The position numbers were made by a program, and so were the translations under genes. This document shows positions 1 through 10,393 of a stretch of DNA of 62,077 bases, piece after piece. The number at the start of each line of letters is the position of its first letter. The first letter of the stretch is position 1. This DNA comes from Catajapyx aquilonaris. Lineage: Eukaryota. Under the pieces are notes generated by a model. That model searched no databases and was not told the DNA's origin. It saw only the letters and a program-made list of their open reading frames with translations. Location of the stretch: assembly GCA_000934665.2 (NCBI GenBank), contig JYFJ02002159.1, forward strand, positions 1 to 62,077. The letters are read 5' to 3'.

Positions 1-113
1 AGGCACGTGCCGTACGTGAGTTCGGCGCAGCTGGCGTTTATGTCCTCTTTGTGCGCCGTACGGATGCCCAGCAGGACGAGGGGAAGTGCATCAACCCCGT
101 TTTCAAACTCCTC
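1..113 (-). mobile_element. Ty3/Gypsy LTR retrotransposon integrase fragment (runs off window edge)
   Basis: Minus-strand translation EEFENGVDALPLVLLGIRTAHKEDINASCAELTYGTC matches the Gypsy integrase core end motif LPxVLLGIRTxxKEDxxxSxAELxYG. Confidence 0.75.
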
Positions 114-405
114 CCACCCTCCGAACTAAATTGCAGGCAGCCCTAACTACAGCAAAGCAATCATTGATGTCCCTACACCAGCTGGACAGATCCTTTAGAA
201 GAAGAAAAAAAACACATACTGTAACTACCTTGGATTTAGAGGACCTCATTATGTAGGCCTACAGAGTATAAAATACATATCGGGGATGGTACCATATATG
301 GCTGATCCAGTAAGTGGACCACGACTGCAGAGGGAAATAATAGGAGAATGCTTACGAGTGCTATGGATATATTTCTTAAGCCTCGCATCATTATCTGCGT
401 AAAAA

Positions 406-679
406 GGGGAGGCGAAGTGGCACTGTGGTAACGTATATATGCACCCACGGATATTAAGGTCCCGGGATGAAATCCCGCCTGGGGTTCTCCCCGTCATCTA
501 GTGCATAGTTCATAGTTGGGTCGTCTCTGGCTTCATCTCGGGTGGAAACTCCGATAGACTAATCCACCCGGGGAAGCTCACAAAATGTACCACGTTATAG
601 ACATTGCACATGCACTTTGCACATCCCCTCCCAGTCACCCTGCCTGTGGGCCCGGGCTCTTCGCTCAAGGTTCCAAATG
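406..679 (+). mobile_element. Degenerate tRNA-derived SINE, 3' part cut off at the adjacent mariner element
   Basis: A-box-like TGGCACTGTGG and B-box-like GGATGAAATCCC. The body segment ACATTGCACATGCAC...TCCCCTCCC resembles the SINE at 17676-18038. Confidence 0.5.
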
Positions 680-681
680 TA

Positions 682-1433
682 CGAGGGGAGTTCATAAAGT
701 TCGCACCTTTGGGTTGAAGGAAATGAGAGAAACAGTTCAAATTGCACATATGTATTAGTCCTTCTCTCTATATTAATCCTGCGAAGCCACGAATTTTTCC
801 CAGCTATGCACGACACCGACTTGGGGACACCATTATTGCCGAAATCGACACTTTGCGCTTGAAAATTGTTTTCAACCTCTGTGATCACCCCCTTGTCGCT
901 TTCTAAATGCTTCCCACACAGTGGTTGCTTCAAGTGGCGAAAGAGGAAGAAGTTTCCAGGGGCGAGGCATGGGGAATACAGCGGATGGGGCAGCATAGTG
1001 TACCCCACCTGGCCAGCATGTGCCACAGTTGCATGGGCAGAATGAGCAGGTGCGTTGTCGTGCACACCTTGCATCACCATTCGTCGTCTCTTCCGCTTAA
1101 TCTGGTGATGCAGCTTTTACAGGAGGTCTTGATAATACTGCCCTGTTATGGTCCCTCCTTTTCTTTTTATGCATAATGAGCCATGATAAAATCCATTTTC
1201 GGAGAGGAACATCGCCAACATTTCCTTCGCCTTACCGAGGTTGTAAACTATTTTCAAGCGCCAAGTGTAGACTTCGGTAATAATTGTGTCTCACAAGTCG
1301 TGTATCACTGGAAAAAATGTATGGCTTTGCAGGATTAATATAGAGAGAAGGACTAATACATATATGTGTGCAATTTGAACCGTTTCTCTCATTTCCTGCA
1401 ACCCAAAGGCTCGAACTTTATGAACGCCCCTCG
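682..1433 (-). mobile_element. Internally deleted mariner transposon with about 200-bp inverted ends
   Basis: TA flanks (680-681, 1434-1435); ends CGAGGGGAGTTCATAAAGTTCG / CGAACTTTATGAACGCCCCTCG. ORF 595-1080 has the mariner motifs HDNAPAH and HPLYSPCLAPGNFFLF (a decayed YSPDLAPSD). Confidence 0.9.
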
Positions 1434-1439
1434 TACATA

Positions 1440-2388
1440 TGTAGGGGAGACTGGGGCACAGTGGACCACGGGCCACAGTGGACCTTTCCATTTTTAAAAT
1501 CGAAAAAGCCGCCAAATTTTTTTCATCTGGTACCAAGTGAAACAAGTCACTGCCATGCTCCTGCCAACATGGCTGGCAACGGCTAGCGATCGATCGATCG
1601 ATAGATATCCAGCGAAATCGATTTGAAGATAAGTGAAGTAAATTACTAACCCACAGTTTAAATGCCACTTCAGGCGTAGATGTTGGGCATGAGCCTGATA
1701 TAAAAATCTTGTGGAATAGTGCCGCCCTTTGTCCGTGAATACCGGAAGTTTGGTAAGCCTAACTTTCAATCGAAGTTACAATCATAGCATTATGTCAGTT
1801 GCTGCTGTCCGGGGCACAGTGGTCCAGTCGTTTGCGGGGAACAGTGGTCCATGTACCACTGTGCCCCGAAATGCACACTGTGTCCCGAAATGAACAGCAG
1901 TAAAAAAAATGTGAGACAATAATTTAAAAAATGTGAATTAGGTAGAAAAAGGGCAAAACTGTGATTTTGACAAACCACCCTCCAAATGAACAACTGTAAA
2001 AAAAAAGAGTGAGACAATGATTTTTAAAATGTGAATTAGGTAGAAAAAAAGGGGCAAAACTGTGATGTTGACACAGTCCTCAAAATGAACAGCTGTAAAA
2101 AAAAATGTTTGGCAATGATAATAAACTTCTTGTGTGAATTAGGGGTCCCAATCACTTCCGGACCACTGTGCCCCACCTATCGGGGTACAGTGGACCATTT
2201 GCAGGGGGTCGCTTCTAAATTTTTTTAAAGCCAAAAGGATGGCACTGCCTGTGAATATAGTAGTGACTTATATTACCAAGGAGTGTCTCCACCATGCCTG
2301 AAAATATGGGGTGTGTAGGTATAACAGGTAGGTATATAAAAATTCAAATGTACAAAAGTGGTCCACTGTGCCCCGGTCTCCCCTACAG
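1440..2388. mobile_element. Non-autonomous DNA transposon (Tc1/mariner-pogo-like, TA-flanked)
   Basis: About 29-bp TIRs TGTAGGGGAGACTGGGGCACAGTGGACCAC / GTGGTCCACTGTGCCCCGGTCTCCCCTACA. Repeated internal GGGGCACAGTGG(T/A)CCA motifs and an internal duplication of about 100 bp (about 1890-2110). No ORF. Confidence 0.8.
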
Positions 2389-2451
2389 TACACCGACTAT
2401 CTGATCAATAAAGGTCCGTATGAAACACTCGAATGGTGACTGCACTACCCA

Positions 2452-2488
2452 TGATTATTATTATTAAAAATTATTATTATTAGTAATT

Positions 2489-2554
<66 letters not shown>
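2452..2554. repeat. (TTA)n microsatellite
   Basis: Seen directly in the sequence. Confidence 0.95.
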
Positions 2555-2555
<1 letters not shown>

Positions 2556-2923
2556 GTAGGGTTTATTTGGGTGGAGTAGTTGGTAAGAGGGGCAAGGGTA
2601 GGCCTAGGAAGACATGGTTGGACCAGGTGGGTCAGTGTCTTAAGGGTGTTGCTAGTGTTAAGCCGAGACGTTCTTGTGTCAATAGGACCATGGACGTGGC
2701 TGAGGCTAGGGTTGTTTGTTTGGATAGGTGTAAATGGCGAAGGTTAATTAATGGGTAAATAGGTAAATATGTCTGAGGATAAGGTGATGTCTGAGGTAGG
2801 CAGGGGTGGGGGGGTGGGACAGGTTGTTTTTAGGTTTATTCTCATGAGTTTTATTAGTTCATATGTTGGGTTAGCTTGCGTCTCCCTTCATCGCTGACTA
2901 CCCCTCATAGGGAAATGTCGTGA

Positions 2924-3016
<93 letters not shown>

Positions 3017-3070
3017 AAATTATTATCATTATTATTATTATTGTTGTTGTTGTTGTTGTTGTTGTTATTA
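2556..3070 (+). mobile_element. 3' end of an RTE-like non-LTR retrotransposon with a (TTG)n/(TTA)n tail
   Basis: ORF 2567-2758 GKRGKGRPRKTWLDQV...LDRCKWRRLI resembles the RTE ORF C-terminus. The 3' UTR ends CTCCCTTCATCGCTGACTACCCCTCATAGGGAAATGTCGTGATG(TTG)n, identical to 48121-48185. Confidence 0.75.
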
Positions 3071-3351
3071 TGCATATTATCTGCGTAAAATGTTTTAAGC
3101 ATTTGATATTTGCTTTTATGTGATTGGAAATACTACATAGTTTGTTCAAAGGGAAGGAAGAAAATCACAAAAATGACCCCACTTTATACCAGCCAGCCAG
3201 TTCTTCTGGTCCACTCGTACACAGCCCCACAGGTTGACCTCGTTTCATACCTACATGCCGCTATGTGCTGGGTAATATGGTATTGATAAACAAGTCAGAT
3301 AAAGTGTTGAGTTAATTAGGGCACTTTTGATGGTGTTTTGAGAGAGTGTCC

Positions 3352-5539
3352 ATGGCAACCTCTTCTGACTCAATTCCAGGGCGCATGAGCAATATTCCAT
3401 TTCCGAAGCTGGAGATTCATTATGATGTTGACTCTGGAGAAGTAACCACTTACCTGCCTCACCGCAAATCAACTGGACCTGCCATTTCGAAAGTTATGCC
3501 AAGTTTCAAACCTGATGAAATCACTGTGATCAAGGGGGAGACAAATCTTATGCCTCGACCTGTTGTTCCAGAGAGGGAAAAGTGGACTACTCCAATACCT
3601 ACCATCCTGATTACTCCAGATATTGAGACATCTAGTGACATCGTTGATTTCGACCAAGATATCATAAGAGAAGAGGTACAACGTAAATTAGAAATTATAC
3701 AATCAAAACATATATGTGGTTCAATCCAACTGGAGGATTCAAGGGCAACTTCAGTGAATCTAAGTGATAGGATAGGTCAACCAGTCAAGAAGTCTTTAAC
3801 ACGCTTTAAGGAGATTATAACTGGTACTCCATGGGAAGATGAGTGGAACCCAGAGTGGGATGATACTAATGAGTGGTTTCAGCACTCACACAAACCAGGA
3901 ATAAATCCACACCAAGGCCACCACCCTCCCGAAAAAGTGACTCCAGGAGGCTCCATCAAAGATAAACCAGCTCCGAGGTTGCCAAAGGAAAGTAGTCAAA
4001 CACCCAGGAAGTCATCATTGAAGCCACAGCCTGGTACACATCGTAAGTTGTCACTTGACCAAGAACTGAGAAAGTCAGACCAAATGAAGCGGGAATATGA
4101 AAGCCATGATGCTGTCAAGTATCCAACTATGAACCGAAAACAATCTGCTGAACTTGAAGGGACAAATGTTCCAAAGAAGGCAGTTAAAAATGAATTGGCA
4201 GCAAGTGCTCCCCAGCATTCCAGGACAGCTGCACAAGAAAGAAAGGGTACCGGTAGTCGACCTGAAGAAATATCACTTCCACAAGGAGCCAATCTACCTG
4301 TGGCCAAGGTAATTCGTCCACCTGAAACGAAATCCACTCCACCTGAAAACGAGTCAGGTACCAAGCACATGACCAGAAAACAATCCCGGGCTTCCCAGAC
4401 TTCAAAGTTTTACGGAGCAAGTTCACATATTTTCCCCACACTCACTCCTTCACCAAGAAGTTGGTCTCAGCCCAGTGATGGCAGTAGAATCGAAGGTGAA
4501 GCGTCACGCCAGGAGTTGCCTGGTGAAATTAGCAAACCATCTCGTTCTCCGGAAGGATCCAATATAACCCAGGGCACTGATCCTCCAGGTTAGTGTCATA
4601 CAAGTACAGTAATGTTAATAGGTCTTCATCTTGGTAGGAGGCATTTTTGGGTCTTGTTCTTATTCCCTACTTTCACACACACAGACAATTTATTTTACAG
4701 TATAAATGGGTTTTCGTATTGCAATGCTGAGTATGATAATGATAGTGGTGTAAACTTAGTGGAGACCATCATTATAATCACAATCATTATCATCACAAAC
4801 ATTACACTGGGCAACAAATTTTTTGTTGCCGCATTGATACCGCACTTGTTCTTGCCTAATTTGAGTGTGCTGAATTCGAATGTGATGTGAGTTTTTCTCT
4901 GTAAGCTCTAGATTTTCTACAATTCAAAATTACAGATTTTGCGACATTTTGGCGCATGGCACATGATCACATTATCTCTCTGAAGAATTTATGGTCATAC
5001 AGTCTTAAAATTAAGCTTAAACAACCGTCTTGGTAAAGATATATTCACTTTATATTCACAAAAAGTCGTAGGTGCATCACAATATGCATTAAAGTTTGAA
5101 AAAGGTATTAAAAACGTATCGAAAAAGAATGTCCCTATTTTAAAATCCGATAACTCGAAAACTTGTAGACATACGAATTAAGTTTAGAAATGCCAAGAAA
5201 TGTCTCATGTTTTGGTCTCACCTTAGTTTGTTTCGATATGAGCTCCATTTGTCGCTCGGCAAATGTAATCATGTCACAGTTGTCTTCATCGACTATCATG
5301 ATCATGTAGGATAAATACATTATGTCAATACATACTGTCTATGATTATTGTAAGTGATATGCACAATTTTTCATCTGATATTTTTTTGATTTCCAGGTAG
5401 GTGCGATAAGTGCAGCAAGCTGAAGTTGAGTGGGTCTTCTAGCAGTAGCAGTGAAATTGAATGTACACATCAGAAGAGTAATGAAAAGGACCAAAATCAG
5501 GATGATAAGAAGAAAGATGATAAGGAAGATGGCAAATGA
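3352..5539 (+). CDS. Uncharacterised low-complexity, probably disordered Ser/Pro/Lys-rich protein; exons 3352-4588 and 5397-5539
   Basis: 415-codon ORF ends at the donor CCAG|GTTAGT (phase 1). A phase-compatible acceptor TTTCCAG|G at 5397 gives an open terminal exon (GRCDKCSKLKLSG...KDDKEDGK*). No recognisable domain; the start could instead be ATG 3385. Confidence 0.6.
5118..5262 (+). mobile_element. Tc1/mariner-like terminal fragment
   Basis: ATCGAAAAAGAATGTCCCTATTTTAAAATCCGATAACTCGAAAACTT matches the reverse complement of about 50480-50538 (which ends CCCTG-TA); the 3' part matches 49930-49995. Confidence 0.55.
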
Positions 5540-6493
5540 GGAGGATTATTCTAGCAGGAAATAGTCTATAAGGTGCTATTTCCTGCTTGGTGCCAATCAT
5601 TTACTACTGTTGATTTGTGATTTTTTAGCAACAATGTTTTTAAAGATGTAATTCTTTTAATTAATGCTTTCTTGCAGTTTTTTATTCTGCTGGTTTTTAA
5701 TACTACTACTTCAGTATCTAGTTCTTCTGGGGTGTGAATTAAGAATTGCCAGAGCAAGAGTTTATTCTACCTTACCTAGTTATTCATTTAATGGGTAGAC
5801 TATAATGATTAAAAAATTGCCGGATCGTTTGGTACAAGAATGGGAATCATAGCCCTGTGCAGGGTTACACCCTTCTGCCCTTTACATGCAAAATGACAAA
5901 CTTTGGCTTATTGATTTCAATTAGCCTACTATACAATAATGACCAGTTTTAAGGCATAGCGAGTGTATGTGAAATGCGAATTTTATTAACAAACTATAAA
6001 AACCCTCGCTTCGCTCGCTTTTTTCTAGGCCTGCGGTCTGCCGTGTAGGTCATGTTGTTAATGCTGCTCATCCAACAATTATCCGCATCATACTTCCCTC
6101 CCTCCCTCCCTCCCGCCTGCCCCCCCCCCCCACCTTATAACTTATTAACCCTTTGATGGCTAATTACGGTACATCGTAATTATTATGATGTCTTATTGAG
6201 GGTTTTTGAATTTGGCGCGCGAGGATGTCAAACCACCCGTCATCTTGGGAGACATAAAACAGGTTGTACGCGCCTATAAATAAATCGCTTTTTTTCGTCC
6301 ACATCATGGTCCACATTTGGCCCGTTTTGGCTGCCATTCATANCCCCCCCCGGTCTTCCCAACCAACCAATACGCACGTGTAATATTTTTAAATTTTCAA
6401 TTGCATGATGCGATTGTAGCACTTTCATAAAAATACCTAAATTGAAATCTGAGCAGTTGTAAAGGTTATCCCATTTTCAGAAGCCATTAATTA

Positions 6494-6531
6494 GTTGCGG
6501 TTGGCAACACTTCTTGAAATGCAAGATGGCG
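6494..6531 (+). promoter_or_regulatory. Putative promoter: RFX X-box-like site plus YY1 motif
   Basis: GTTGCGGTTGGCAAC (6494-6508) followed by CAAGATGGCG (6522-6531) at the start of a CpG-richer segment; candidate donor GAC|GTAACT near 6668. Confidence 0.4.
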
Positions 6532-7107
6532 CTTTTCTCTTGCGCGTGGGGCTCAATGGATGTTGAGTGAGAAGAAAGAGGTGGACTGTGTGTGGAACGG
6601 TGCATATCCGGTGGCTTATTGCGTCCTGCCCTCGGTCAAGTGGAGAACTAGCTGGATTTGAGCCGACGTAACTAGGGTTGGAAGTTCATTCCGTGGATTT
6701 GGGTGAGTGTGGAAGTGCCTGGGTTGCATGCAGACCCTTGCAGCATCACTGGGAATCTTTCTCCAGGATGCAGTCCGTTGAAATAGGCGTATGCGGTCAT
6801 GTTGAATGCATCAGCGTGCATGATCTGTACGTTAACATATTACCCGTGTTGTTCAAGGGAGATTTGCCAGGTTTGGCATCGAAATGCCATGTATGCGACA
6901 GTGCTGCCTACTTAAGGCAGAGACCAATGGCCAAAGAGGATGGATGTGTGGCATTTGCAAGAGATAAATTAGGCGATATAGTCATTATTCCTGTAATGCT
7001 TTTTGTTGTAATGCATTTCAGTGGGTCAGGTTTTAAAGGAGTTCATGATGAGGTACAGTACAACCAAATATGCAGAAGCTTTTCACAAAATAATAACGTA
7101 CTTGATA

Positions 7108-7283
7108 CAGTTGAATCCGGATATAACAGCCTCGGCTATAGCTGACTTTTGGTTATAACAGACTTGAAAGGCCTGCCCTGGCAAACGTCCATATATGGTT
7201 TGTGTATTTGGCTATAACAGACCTCGGTTATAACAGACTGATTTCCGCTGTCCCTTGAAGTCTGTTATATCCGAATTCAACTG
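7108..7283. mobile_element. Tigger/pogo-like MITE
   Basis: TA flanks; TIRs CAGTTGAATCCGGATATAACAG / CTGTTATATCCGAATTCAACTG. A partial related end lies at about 8140-8167. Confidence 0.85.
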
Positions 7284-8279
7284 TATAAGCAGGTACAGTA
7301 TGGGATGTTTTGCAAGGGTTGTATTTGCAAACAAGTGCAAATAAAATGTGCTGTCTAAGGCAGTGCATATTGTTGCTGTTGCCAGCATTCCTTCCAGCAC
7401 CCAACTTTCACCACTCTTAGACTTCACATCCATAAGTGCATCTGCCCCATGTACTTCACAGGACAATTTGGACAGTGTTATGCAGTAATGTGCCAACCCA
7501 AAGAAATGTCAAAATTGAGTTCCGCCCAGGAACATACACCAAAGGATCATACTTCATGCAGTTAAAATCACGCTGGCAAAATCTGCATACTTCTGCCATA
7601 AATGTCCGAAACGAACACTGAATTAATTTCACTGGTATGACCTTCAAAGCCTTTTTTCTCAAACCTGTTCTCATGTGGGGTGACTCATTATTGCATTATA
7701 CCGTCCATTTTATGTAGTGCTGTCATTTGGATTGTGCAGGATTCAAATATTCCTCCACTGGATTTGTAAATAAAAGAGGTACTCAGTGACGTAGTTTACT
7801 GTAGTCATATTTTGTGAAATGACCGGGTCCATAGGTGGGAATGAGTGAGAGGGGAGATGCCAAGTTGTTAATGGCCATTTTGTGAGTTTCCTTGGATGGT
7901 TAGTATTATGACCCACCCAAGACAAAGCCACATGAAATGAAAGTGCTTTTCTATGCATGAGAAGGTGATGCTGAGTTATCAAAAGCAGAGTATTTTCCCA
8001 CCAAGGGACCAAGAAAATGATTGTCTACTATAGCCGAGATGTGGTGAAAAATTATATCTGGCGTAAAAATATACAGGGCATTAGGGATGTATGGTGGGAC
8101 CAGCCTTTCGAATTTACTATAACCAAGAGTCTCATATAGTCAAGGCTGTTATATCCCGAGTCAACTGTGCTAATTATCTCAGGAACGAGGGCATGGTGCT
8201 AAACAATACCACTGCGTAAAATGATCTTCAGTTTTTAATCAGATTAAGTAGCAAAATTTTGCATATAAAAAACTGATTT

Positions 8280-8526
8280 GAGGGGTGCGGTGGAGAAACA
8301 TTTCAACCCACATTTGTGTCATTTTTTAGCGAAACACCTAGCAACTATATAAAAGACATGACAAACAATTTGGTATACTCCAATGCACGTATCATGTAGT
8401 AGGCGGCAACACAGACTAGATCAAAACCTGCATTCCTTATGATTTGTGAAGAGAATGCAAACTTCAATTAGCTCTCATGAAAAATTACACTTTTGTGGGT
8501 TGTCACGTTTATCCACTGCACCCCTC
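8280..8526. mobile_element. Sola-like MITE
   Basis: GAG...CTC termini; imperfect 30-bp TIRs GAGGGGTGCGGTGGAGAAAC / GTTTATCCACTGCACCCCTC; 4-bp ATTT duplication on both sides. Confidence 0.7.
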
Positions 8527-10393
8527 ATTTCTGTAATATCTGAATAAATTGGACAAATCTGAGCTTCACTTTGTTGTCCACATTATTAGGAACAACTTCC
8601 TGTAAAAAATTGTCACAGTGAAAGAGAAAGTTGGCCCAAGTTTTAACTGGTGTAAACTCCATTTACCATACAATAATTGCAATTTCCCATTCGTAAAATG
8701 AACTCATGAACCCAACTTGTAGATTAAGCAGGGATTGATGCAAGATGGCCAGGAGGTTAGAATTTTCTGTCTTAGCTGCAAACATTGCTGGTTTGCTTCA
8801 TACTGTAGTTATGCACAGGGAAAGAGGGTATGCAATCTGACAACAGTGGCCTTTTTAACCCTCTCGAGGGTTCAAAGGCTATCAGCAACTTGCAAAAGAA
8901 CATGCCAAGAGTTTCAACTTCAGTAAAAGCTGGTTAAAAAGAGGCTTTGCTCACATTAGTGGACACCCCACACACCCCTTGTTGAATGGGATGTCAAGTA
9001 GTCGATGATTCTCCACTTCTCCAGGCTCAACCACTTTTGATTTTTATGAAATTGTGCTCATGGAAAGGTGTCAAATAATAGTGAAATGTTTCGTTATGTG
9101 TTGGGTCGTTTATCCCTGTACTTACTCCTAGTTATCAGTATCACTGTCATTCTGTCAACATCTAGTAACGATAATAACCCGGGAGAGAATCCAGGCTAGC
9201 AGAAGCAGGATGCTAGCAGAGCTAGCAGGAGGATGAAAAACACTCCCATCATTCCTATCGAACCATCTGCTCTTCAGTGGAAGGGAATTTAATATTTGAC
9301 CAGTGGAGTGATTTTCGGATGTAATGCGAATAATTTTGCATGAAAACTATCGTTATTTTATGTTACATGGCTGTAAAAATAATGTACGTCGTTAGAAAAT
9401 AGAAAGTCTTCAGACCTCTCGAGCTCTACATTATGATAGAGATGCATCACAGCAGTATGTTATACAGTGTAACAATTTCCATAATATTACTCGTACTACT
9501 GGGCACATTTTGCTTGGAGGTAAATTCGTCAGTTCCTTTCGGGCATGGGTGGTCTTATACGATATTATACCAAGATTCAAGATAAGAGTGTATCCTGACT
9601 GTCGAGAGCAACCTGCAAGCCAGATCCATTGTGCGGGATGGCATAACTGGCAGGATGAATCCGTCCCAGCCGTTGAGACCGTGCTTGAGACACGTTGGTA
9701 CTCCGCTAAAGCAGTTCTATAGAGTTTTGCAGTGTTGTACGATGTTCACAGCATTTGAACCATCGCATTGTCAAGTGTTTATTGACAGTATGCTCTTCAC
9801 GTTGCATATGGAGGAGGTTGAAGTGACTCTCCAGCACCCATTTTGCACACACGATTACCACTTGAAGTGTAGGATAAGCCTGTGGGGAAGCAAATTGATT
9901 GGTTGACGCAGGTTCTTCTCGTCATGCGAACTTTACCGACCTTCGGGAATCTGTTAGGCCGCCCTACTTCTGTGCCTGGTAGATGAATATACCGATATGG
10001 AAGCAAAATATGCCTCGCGCCGTACCATATCTCACTCTGAAATTCCGTGTCCCTCCACTTCCTCCCCCCCCCCCCCCCCCCCCCCCCNCCCGCCACTTTT
10101 ATTCAAGGAAGTCCTTCACCTTTTGGCTTCCTAGAAGTCGTCGTGTGTTGTATAGCGCTACAGTAAAAATTTTTAATACAGTAGCCAGAAGGAAAAGGGG
10201 TTGTAGTTCACGAAGTGAGTCAGACAGGAAGTGCACGTGAGCCCCACCGTGCACCCCTGCCCAATCCACGAGGAACATTCTCCATCGATCTGACCCAGGG
10301 GTGGTGTAGAAGAGTATGTTCAACGTGGGTGGGTGGGGGCTGGAGTGCGCGGGGGTTTTGGGGTTGCCAGGAGACCGCGTGGAGTGGGAGCCA

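Noticed and set aside
2898..3149. Poly-Asn and poly-Leu ORFs
   Set aside because: These are translations of (TTG/TTA)n microsatellites.
6678..7145. 155-aa ORF with CxxC...DGCV resembling a Merlin/ISXO2 transposase zinc region
   Set aside because: The similarity is short, needs a frameshift, shows no DDE core, and the ORF runs into a MITE; not supportable by eye.
10060..10092. Poly-C tract with N (also near 6343)
   Set aside because: Homopolymer with ambiguous base calls; likely sequencing uncertainty, so ORFs crossing it are unreliable.
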